Positions 13,460-23,400 of a stretch of DNA of 64,000 bases are shown in pieces (the stretch's first letter is position 1; each line of letters starts with the position of its first letter). The notes beneath the pieces are model-generated. The model worked only from the letters and a program-made list of their open reading frames with translations. It did no database searches and had not been told where the DNA came from. The stretch comes from Squalus acanthias (taxonomy: Eukaryota), in NCBI GenBank assembly GCA_030390025.1, contig CM059432.1, positions 24,678,001 through 24,742,000 on the forward strand, in the 5' to 3' direction. The position numbers and the translations under genes were made by a program.

Positions 13460-14948
13460 TGTAGAATTCGCAATATATCGCGATTTTGTTAATAAGGAGA
13501 AAACACAGAGTTTCGTTCAAACAGCTTTTATTTCAGTAGAATGCTGGCAAGTTTAAAGTGGACACAAGCAGCCTGTAAAATGGCCGCCGCACCTCGTGAC
13601 AGAACATTCTAGACTTTTCAACAGGCAGACAAGATGGCGTTCCAATAAACATTTGTGCAAGATCGATTAAGATTCAGCACAGTGAAGATAATACACGAGA
13701 CGTTATGGGTTTGCAGTATACACATAGATACTGAAATCGGTCTCCCAGGTACAAAGGAAAGCCATTGTACCGAGTAATCAAGGGCCCATCCAAAAGACAT
13801 TAATATGTAAAATCCCAACGACTCTACGATGAGAGAGCCGTTAGCAGGTAGTTATACAGGACACTTGGAAGCCCCAAACCCCTCCAGGGAGAACACCGAC
13901 CGATTTAACAATGGGAGAAATATTAACAGGTACTCAGACATTTACGAGTAGCCCCGAAACCCATTAAGAACGGAGATCACCCATACAAGACATTTGGGCG
14001 CCAAACCCTAAACAAAAGAATGGACATTATAGTTGGGCGGGAAACGGAAGATTTTGCACTATAATTGCAGGCTCCAAACCGTCCATTCTCGCTCTTGCTC
14101 TCTTGCTCCTGTGCTTTTATCCGGTCGATTCGTAACCTCGTGGCTGCTCCTGTGTACTCGTAGTTGGGCTCGCTCCTGCTTGCCTGTTGCCTCTTCTGAA
14201 AAGACTGTTGAACTTTCTGATCCGTTCGGATCTACCTCGTGTCGCGTAACGAAGACCTATGTTGGTAACTGGCAGCGGAACCGAAGGCCTGAGATGAGAT
14301 GAGATGAGATGAGATGAGATGAGAAGAGAGGAAGACCATATCCATCGCCACGGTCAGTAAATCCCGACCGCGCCTGTAGGTCGATTAGCCAAGTTTTCCT
14401 CGCCAGGAAGACTTCTTCGAACTTTAACGAAACATATTGCATCGATGATAACTGGACTGTGCCCAAAGTAACTGGAACGTGAAAACATATCGTATCGACG
14501 ATATTGACAACTGTGCTCGAAGAGTACCTGTTAAGCCAACCAACACAGGTCTTCATCACAGCAGACGGTCCAGCCTGCTAGCCGGAGCAGTAAAAGCAAG
14601 TAAACAAGTGGGACCAGGAGATCTCCTGACCGACACGTGGGTGCTGCGGTGAAAAACATCCGATCAGCTATTCGGAATTTCTCCGAGTTATCACGAGTGG
14701 TGAGCATGAGTCTCGAAATCCTACGAATCTAGTTTAGGATAGATATTGATAGGGGAGGGTTTAAGGATTAAGGATATTTGTAATGTGTGCCCCTATTTAC
14801 TTTGTGCCGTTCGTTCCTCGTTTCCCTAAGATCGACTATATAACTGTTTACGATAGCAAAATACTGCAGATGCTGGAAATCCGAAATAACAACAGAAAAC
14901 GCTGGAAAAACTCAGCAGGCCAGGCAGCATCCGTAGAGAGAGAAAGAG

Positions 14949-14985
14949 AGTTGACGTTTCAGGTCGATGACCTTTCATCAGAACT
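14949..14985 (-). ncRNA. Minimal type I hammerhead ribozyme, copy 1
   Basis: Minus strand reads AGUU-CUGAUGA-A-AGGUC-AUC-GACCU-GAAAC-GUC-AACU. Confidence 0.8.
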
Positions 14986-15262
14986 GGGAAGAGCTGGAAA
15001 TCAAATAGATTTAAGGCCAGGGTAAAGCTGGGAAAAGGGGGAGGGGATAAAGGAACAAAGGAGGAGATGAAGAGACATTAAGAGACATTAAGAGATATGC
15101 AAGGCTGGAGGTGGTGTTAATGTGACAGATTAAGGCTGAATGAAGTGTGAAATCCACTGGCAGAATGAAGGACAGCTGCCAGCTTCTAGGAGGAAAAAAA
15201 AGGTGGGGGGGGACAAATAAAAGGGTGGATAAAATAAAATATAAATGTGATTGGAGCTGAGG

Positions 15263-18013
15263 TTATGATCTAAAATTGTTGAACTCGATATTGAGTCCAG
15301 AGGGCTGTAGCGTGCCTAAACGAAAGATGAGGTGCTGTTCCTCGAGCTTATGCTAAGCTTCCGTGGAACAGTGTAATAGGCCGAGGACGGTGAGGTCAGA
15401 GTGGGAGTGAAGCGGTGAATTAAAGTGACAGGCCACCGGGAGCTCGGGGTCCCCCTTACGGACTGAACGGAGGTGTTCCGCAAAGCGGTCACCCAATCTG
15501 CGTTTGGTCTCCCCAATGTAGAGGAGTCCACATCGTGAGCAGCGAATACAGTATACTAAATTGCAGGAAGTACAAGTAAATCGCTGTTTCACCTGGAAGG
15601 GGTGTTTGGGGCCCTGGACAGTGGGAAGAGGGGAGGTATAAGGGCATGTGTTGCATCTCCTGCGCGTGCACGGGAAGGTGCCGGGCGAAGGGGAAGGGGT
15701 GCTGGGGGTGGTAGAGGAGTGGACTAGGGTGTCGCGGAGGGAGCGGTCCCTGCGGAATGCTGAAAGGGGAGGTGAGGGGAAGATGTGTTTGGTGGTGGGA
15801 TCACGCTGGAGGTGGCGGAAATGGCGGAGGATGATCCGTTGAATGTGGAGGCTGGTGGGGTGAAAGGTGAGGACAAGGGGAACCCTATCGTGGTTCCGGG
15901 AGGGAGGGGCAGGGGTGAGGGCAGATGTGCGGGAGATAGAACGGACACGGTCGAGGGCCGTGTCGACCACGGTAGAGGGGAATCCTCGGTTGAGGAAAAA
16001 GGAAGACATGTCGGAAGCACTGGTATGGAAGGTGGCATCATCAGAGCAGATGCGGCGGAGACGGAGAAACTGGGAGAATGGAATAGAGTCCTTACAGGAG
16101 GCGGGGTGGGAGGAAGTGTAGTCCAGGTAGCTGTGGGAGTCGGTGGGCTTGTAGTGAATGTTAGTCAATAACCTATCCCCAGAGATGGAGATGGAGAAGT
16201 CGAGGAAGGGAAGGGAAGAGTCGGAGATGGACCATGTGAAGGTGAGGGAAGGGTGGAAATTGGAAGCATAGTGAATGAAATGTTCTAGTTCAGGGCGAGA
16301 GCAGGAGACGGCACCGATACAGTCATCAATGTACCGGAAAAAGAGGTGAGGGAGGGGACCCGAGTAGGACTGGAACAAAGAGTGTTCCACATATCCCACG
16401 AAAAGGCAGGCATAGCTAGGACCCATGCGGGTACCCATAGCAACACCTTTAATTTGGAGGAAATGGGTAGAGTCAAAGGAGAAGTTGTTCAATGTGAGAA
16501 CAAGTTCAGCCAGGCGGAGGAGGGTGGTGGTGGATGGGGACTGGTTGGGCCTCTGTTCAAGGAAGAAGCGGAGCGCCCTCAGGCCATCCTGGTGGGGAAT
16601 GGAGGTGTAGAGGGATTGTACGTCCATAGTGAAGAGGAGACGGTTGGGGCCGGGAAACTGGAAACTGTTAAAATGGCGGAGGGCATCGGAAGAGTCGCGG
16701 ATGTAGGTGGGAAGAGACTGGACAAGGGGAGAAAAAATAGAGTCGAGATAGGAAGAGATAAGTTCCGTGGGGCAAGAACAGGCTGAAACGATGGGTCTAC
16801 CGGGGCAGTCCTGTTTGTGGATCTTGGGAAGGAGGTAGAAGCGGGCTGTGCGGGGTTGGGGAACTATGAGGTTGGCGGCCGTGGGGGGAAGATCTCCAGA
16901 GGAGATGAGGTCAGTGACAATCTTGGACACGGTGGCTTGATGTTCGGTAGTGGGGTCATGGTCCAGGTGGAGGTAGGAGGAGGTGTCAGAGAGTTGGCGT
17001 TCAACTTCCGCTAGGTAGAGGTCGGTTCGCCAAACAACAACAGCGCCACCCTTGTCAGCAGGTTTAATGACAATGTCAGGGTTGGATCGGAGAGAATGGA
17101 GTGCTGCAAGTTCAGAGGGAGGTAGGTTGGAGTGAGTGAGGGGAGCAGAGAAATTGAGCTGGCCGATGTCACGGCGGCAGTTAGCAATGAAAAGATCAAG
17201 AGAGGGTAAGAGGCCAGAGGGAGGGGTCCAGGTGGAACGAGAATTCTGAAAGCGGGAGAAAGGGTCAGCCGTGCGGGGGGAAGACTCCTGGCCAGAGAAG
17301 TGGGCACGGAGACGGAGGCGGCGGAAAAAGAGCTCAGCATCGTGCCGAGCTCGAAATTCATTGAGATGGGGGCGTAAGGGGATGAAGCTCAGGCCTTTGC
17401 TGAGGACTGATCGTTCGGAGTCAGAGAGGGGAAGGTCAGAGGGGATAGTGAAAACGCGGCAGGGGGTGAGATTGGGAGAAGGGGGGTCAGAGGAAAGTGA
17501 AGGGGAAGAAGGTTCCGGAGGGGCTTTAGTGTCCAAGAGTTGTTGAAGCTTGCGATCCTTGACATCGGAAAGGAAGAAGAAAAGTTTTTTGTTGAAGCGT
17601 CGGATGAGTCTAAGGATGAAATGGAACTGTGGACCCGGACAGCTTTGAGATAGAGTGCGTCGGTGCTGCTGAAGAGAGATGTCGAGAGTGTTCATGTGGC
17701 GCCGCATGGCATTGAGCGTGGATCTCAAGATGCGGCGAGAGCAGTAGTTCGAGGAACGATGAATATCTTGGAGATATTTGTAATCCTGGGTGGATCCGAA
17801 ACACGAAGGGTGGAAGTTTAGTTGGAATCCACGTGGGATAAGTCGGAACCGGAGACAGTTGCTGAGGAAAGTAATGTGGCTGTGAAACCGAGTCTTGGCA
17901 GATACCTGATCAAACACGAGAAGGGAAACTGAAATCAATGAAGATGAACAAGGTTGAAGAGCCAAACGGAAATCCCGTCGAAGAGAAGAGCAGAACTTCT
18001 TCAAGGTAGGCAT
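15263..18013 (-). pseudogene. Penelope RT / GIY-YIG endonuclease with one premature stop at 15353-15355
   Basis: IKPADKGGAVVV, LPKIHK, GVAMGTRMGPSYA, RYIDD, Cys linker CTRRRCNTC, LVYCIRC..LYIGETKR; frame resumes after TAG as HKLEEQHLIFRLGTLQPSGLNIEFNNFRS*; start at 18013 is inferred (ORF is open from 18178). Confidence 0.88.
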
Positions 18014-18148
18014 TCCAAGAAGAGAGGTGGCAGTGAACCAAACACTAATACGATAGCAAAATACTGCAGATGCTGGAAATCCGAAATAACAACAGAAAAC
18101 GCTGGAAAAACTCAGCAGGCCAGGCAGCATCCGTAGAGAGAGAAAGAG

Positions 18149-18185
18149 AGTTGACGTTTCAGGTCGATGACCTTTCATCAGAACT
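18149..18185 (-). ncRNA. Minimal type I hammerhead ribozyme, copy 2
   Basis: Identical to 14949-14985. Confidence 0.8.
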
Positions 18186-18633
18186 GGGAAGAGCTGGAAA
18201 TCAAATAGATTTAAGGCCAGGGTAAAGCTGGGAAAAGGGGGAGGGGATAAAGGAACAAAGGAGGAGATGAAGAGACATTAAGAGACATTAAGAGATATGC
18301 AAGGCTGTTTGTAAGATTGTACTGTCATTAATCTGTGCTTATGACATGTATTTCATAATCTTAAGTATCATGCAATAAAGATTTTCCATTTCGTACCATT
18401 CAAACCAAGTCTACATGAGTTTTATCTCCATTACTGCTCTCGCATCTAAGTCCAGTGTCTAGAACCGTAAGGGAGAGTGATTCGAACCACTCACAGGTGT
18501 GTCTAGTGTTCCCAGACTGGCTGGAGACCAGAACAGGCAACAAGGCCTAGACCCGCACTGACATACAGGCTGCACAGAGCCGCGTGAATCTCACAGGCTG
18601 CGAGACACGCAGGGTCGGGAATCCCTTACAGAA

Positions 18634-20447
18634 AATGGCGACCGCGGCAGGACACTGGCAGCGAGAGGGTAGTGTGTTAGATTTTGGAATGACTGTACGA
18701 AATGTTATGCAGGAAAAGATAGCGGATTATGTGTTTGGAAAGGTTAATCTAACTAAGAAATGGATAAGTGAATTGTTAGCGGATAAGAGCCCACTAGAGG
18801 CAGCTGAAAGGTGGACAGATAGTAAAGAACATAGAAAGACACTTGAGAAAGCAGTCTGGCTTATGTGTTACAAAAGGCAGGTTCAGATTTCAAACCAGAC
18901 CATTACAGCGCTAGTAGCTCGAATCAGTCATTTAGAGGGAGAAATGGAGGAGAAGGTTTCTGGAGGGGAGGTGCTCATTAAGAATTTAAATGAGTTACAC
19001 CAAGAAAGCCAGGAAGTCTCCAGTCACCTTAAAACAAGGATAGATTATCTCGAGTGCCAGGTCACTGAGGCAAAATTGAATGAGAGCAGGTTAAAGGAAA
19101 GATGTAACCGCCAAGCTGCCCAGATAAGAACTCAAGAAGAGAGCTTAATTGGGGGTTAGGGCGGCATATAAGTTGGCCCTTGAGGATAAGTTTAAGGGAG
19201 CCGATCATAGCGCCTGCCAAAGGGAGATAGAGCACCTCAAAAAAGCCGTGAACAATGCGAACGGCATGGTGTGCCTTATCAATCCGTCGGCGCACCAGCC
19301 GCTAGTAAATGAGAGATTTAGAAAATCCCCACCAAGTAAAGCAGAAGAAGTAGTAGCCACTGCGCCCTCCGCGCCACCCAGCTATTCAGAAACCTGGGTT
19401 AGGGAGGAAGCAATGGAAGAAACAAAAGAGCCCATTGAAAAGGAAGTAGAAAAGGGATCGTTGTATCCAGTAACGGGTATTAAAAGGGGCCCAAGCAGAA
19501 ACGGTGGGGAAGAACCGGGGGATCTCCTCGGACAGCTGGTGTTGCCTCACAGTTCACATCAGCTGAGAGCTATGATAAATCACGTACGGAAGCTGACCGA
19601 GGCAGACGACCCTTCCGTACATTTCAGAGAAGTTGAGCAAGCCGCAGCCATTAACGGCTGCGATGATGGGGAGACAGCAAAAATGCTGCTGTTCTCATTA
19701 GACAGCTCGGTCCTTCAGTGTCTCTCAGGCGAGAGCAAGAGGGGAACCAAGAGTTATGAGGAATTAAAGAATGAGGTCCTGGAAGTGTTGGGGGCGAACG
19801 ACGAAGGTCCGTTTGCTAGAGTGGGACAGACAGTGCAGATGGAGGGAGAACCCCCGAAGGTTTTTGCCGACAGGCTGTGGCCAGTATATGAGCGCAGCTG
19901 TCTAGGTGCGCCCGAGCGCGAAGATGTGGAAGGTTTAGCTTTAACTCATTGGCTTAGGTGCATAATAGCCAACAGTTTACCAGCCGTTAGAGAGCAGGCA
20001 AAAGCATGGTTTGATCCCAATGACCCCAACATTACGGAAGAGTCGGTCTTGAATCGACTCACGTTAGGTTATCGCAATATAAGGGGTATGGCAACACGTC
20101 CCCTTAAGGGAAGAGTACATGAGGTACGACCCGCAGCCCCGTATCAAAGAGAGTGGCATCAGGAGGGTAATCGCGCCCCACAGGCAAGTAATGCTTGTTA
20201 CGGGTGTGGGAAGACAGGGCACTGGCGCAAGCATTGCAGGAACCCTTGGAAGGATTCCAAGGATAAAAATCCCGCGGTCCGAGCCCAGGCGCCTGTCCCG
20301 GCTAAGGAAGCCAAGGCACCCACCCCTCCCGACGACCTCGAAGCAGTGTTAGGAGCCATGCGCAAGCTGGTTTTGAATGCGCGTGGACAGGTGGCGGTCG
20401 CAACCGGCCCCGTAGGTGCCGCAGGACCGTCTAATAGTACCCCATGA
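18634..20447 (+). pseudogene. gag: gag, split by a +1 frameshift near 19151-19155
   Basis: Coiled-coil N-terminal ORF (18584-19159) plus ORF 19149-20447 with PSAPPSY, capsid-like helical region and CYGCGKTGHWRKHC knuckle; start codon uncertain. Confidence 0.8.
18635..18652 (+). promoter_or_regulatory. Primer-binding site, tRNA-Ser-like
   Basis: TGGCGACCGCGGCAGGAC 4 nt after the LTR-terminal CA; TGGCG...GGCAGGA resembles the complement of a tRNA-Ser 3' end (recalled, not searched). Confidence 0.6.
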
Positions 20448-23400
20448 CTAGAACCAGCACAGCCCGTCTACCTGTGTCCGCTTAGCTATGATGCGTGGAG
20501 GCGACCTGTGGTGGAGATGGAGGTAGAGAAACAGAAGGGTAGTTATTTGTTGGACACGGGAGCTTCTTGCACCATAATCCATACAGATAACCCTTTTGAC
20601 TCGCCGCTATCTACCAAGGTCCCATTCACGTTAGCAGGGTTCACAGGAAAAGAACAGGCTGGCACGTTTTCCCTTCCGCTATCCATTCGTTTAGGAACAC
20701 TTCGCCTTAAGTGGAAGTGTATACTGATGGCATGGCAAAAGGGGGGTGGAAGAGGTATTCTCGGGTCCGATCTCCTAGCGGGACACGGGATCCTCGTGGA
20801 CCTCAGAAATCACTGTCTCTGGGGGGCTAAAGGTGAAAAGGGCGAGGTGATAGTGATTCCGGGGGAGGAAGAAACAGGGGTCCTGTGTACCGTACAGCCA
20901 TCCGGAGGCTACGACCTCAGGCTTATGGTCGCAGATGTCCCAACGGACATGCAAACGTACGTGTCAGATAATATGCACGCGTTTGCAACCCACAAGCACG
21001 ATTGTGGGAGAGTGGTCGGGTTTGAGGTCAGCGTAGATGGGGACCCCATGACCCGACCCCAAAAGCAGTATAACTTCCCCAAAGAAGCCGAACCCGATAT
21101 GGAGACAGCAATGTCTTCCTTGGTGCAGCAGGGCGTGTTGAGGCCGATAGCCACACACGTGAACTCCCCATTATGGCCGGTTAGGAAGCCGGATAATTCG
21201 TGGAGAGCCACGGTGGACTACAGAGTCCTTAACAGTAACATTCCCGCCTGCGCGCCCACAGTAGCAGCAGTTGCTGACCTAATAGGGAGCATCCCAGCGT
21301 CCGCGACCACGTTCACGGTGCTGGATATCTCGAACGGTTTTTGGTCCATCCCGCTGCGGCGAGAGGACCAGTACAAGTTTGCCTTTACTTTCAAAGGACA
21401 ACAGTACACATGGAACTGTCTGCCACAGGGTTTCCACAATAGCCCCAGTATTTTTCATCAGTGTATGGCAGGAAGTTTAAAGGAGTTTAGTCAGCCCAAT
21501 CAGATAGTACAGTATGTGGATGATTTGCTCCTATTTACGGACTCAAGGGAGGAGCACGGACCACTACTGGACGAGTTATTGGAGCTGTTAGCGAGAAAGG
21601 GTTTTAAAATAAACCCTAAGAAAGCACGTATCGGTCAGCGGGAAGTAAAATTCCTGGGACTGACCATACGCGCTGGGGAAAGAACCATAGACAAAGCAAG
21701 GAGGGAGTCGGTGCAAGAATTACCGATTCCCAACAACGTAAGGGGTGTGAGGTCCTTCTTGGGACTGACCGGTTACTGCAGGGATTTTATCGAAGATTAT
21801 GCGGCCACAGCGGCGCCGCTCCTCCGACTCCTCCATAAGGGGGTGGAGTGGTTTTGGGACGAGGGCTGCCAAGCAGCCTTCGAGAAGTTAAAAAGGGATC
21901 TGCAGACCGCGCCAGCCTTAGGGGCCATAGATGGGGGGAAGGAGTTTTTCCTGGAGGTAGCTGCCAGCGGAGACAGCTTAAGCGCCGTGCTGCTCCAAGA
22001 GCGTCACGGCAAGCTGAGGCCGGTTGTCTATTCATCCAGGGTATTAACGGATGTGGAGAGAAGTTTCTCCAATTGCGAAAGGCACCTTTTAGCCACGCAT
22101 TGGGCTGTGAAAAGATCAGCGATCTTCACAGGGCTCTCTCCCATCACTCTCCTCACACATCACACACCAACTAAGATGCTTCTGGATGGGAGGATTAAAG
22201 ACGGGACCGTAAGCAGCGCACGCATTGCGCGTTGGACCCTTCTTCTCTCCCAGTTGGATCTTAGAGTAAAAGGTCTTTGCGAGCCCAGGCTTGCGGCCAA
22301 TTTGGTATACCCCGGTACAGCCCACCGGTGTTCGGTGGAAGGGGTATGGGACGTCAACATAGGTTTACGGGCCGGGATACATCCCACTGGGCGCGAGATT
22401 TATGTTGATGGGTCTAGCACAGTGTCTGCTGGCGAGCGACTCACAGGGTGTGGAGTTTATGACCCTGCGGCAGACCTTGCCCTGGCGATCAAGCTCCCTA
22501 GCACTATGAGCGCGCAGCAAGCTGAGCTGTCTGCCGTGGTGTACGTTGTGACCCACCCAGACATTTTCCCAACCCCATACACGATTTGCTCGGACAGTAT
22601 GTTCACCTGCAATTCGTGTACGGAATACCTGGCCATTTGGTCCCGCCGCGGATACACCTCCGCGGACGGGCGACCTTTAACGGTGAAGCCCTTGCTGGAA
22701 AAGATCTTAGCAGCAGCAGTAGGGGAGGAAGGAGAGATTTTCATCCATAAGGTGAAAGCTCACTCCTCCACAGAGCCCCGTGGGGAGGGCAACCGGCAGG
22801 CGGATGCGCTAGCCAGGGAGGGTGCCCGCGACGGCACTTTCTGGAACCCCTATAGGACCGGACCCATAGCAGCGGTCCGAGGCGGGGACGGGAATCCCGG
22901 GAACCCCAGGGTAGCATTGCCCCTAGACCTTAAGACCGTCCAAGCCCAGGATCCCGCCCTAAAAGCAGTCCTAAAAACGATTGCTGAGGGGAGGCAGGTA
23001 GAAGGTCCGTACAGTACGGCAACCCTCTCAGTTAAGGAAGGCATGCTGTTCCGCGAGGAGCAGTGGGTTGTGCCGCAGCAGCACAGGAGGGAATTCCTCC
23101 AGTTGGCTCACGAGGGACCAGGGGCAGGGCACCCCGGGTCCGAGGTTACCTGGCAACGGGTAGAGCAAGCGGGATGGTGGCCAGGGCTCAGGGAACAAGT
23201 CCGCGAGTTCTGTGCAAACTGTCTTGTGTGCGCTGCAAACAACCCAGACCCCCAGAAAAGGAAGGTGCCCATGGGACACGTAAGAAGGGTAGAGGGACCA
23301 TGGCAGTCGATACAGATCGACTATATAGGACCCCTGCCCACCACCCAGGGAGGGTATAAGTACTGCCTCGTCCTGGTGGATGTGTTTTCCAAGTGGGTGG

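Larger units (their letters stand above)
14850..18304 (-). mobile_element. Penelope-like element (Neptune type) nested in the 5' LTR
   Basis: RT + GIY-YIG ORF; identical 259-bp direct repeats 14849-15107 and 18049-18307; candidate TSD ctgttt at 14844-14849 and 18305-18310. Confidence 0.92.
13460..18630 (+). repeat. 5' LTR (~1.71 kb once the nested Penelope is removed)
   Basis: Starts TGTA right after the TSD; YY1-like aaatggccgcc/aagatggcg; TATA-like ctataatt ~14059; (gagat)n ~14291-14321; AATAAA 18374-18379; ends CCCTTACA before the PBS. Confidence 0.8.

Noticed and set aside
14033..14559. 89-100 aa ORFs in the long 5' LTR as accessory genes
   Set aside because: Non-ATG starts, no motifs, one crosses a microsatellite
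18014..18178. 55-aa N-terminal extension of the Penelope ORF
   Set aside because: Its ATG lies inside the terminal repeat, within the ribozyme core upstream of the cleavage site; ATG 18013 is more plausible
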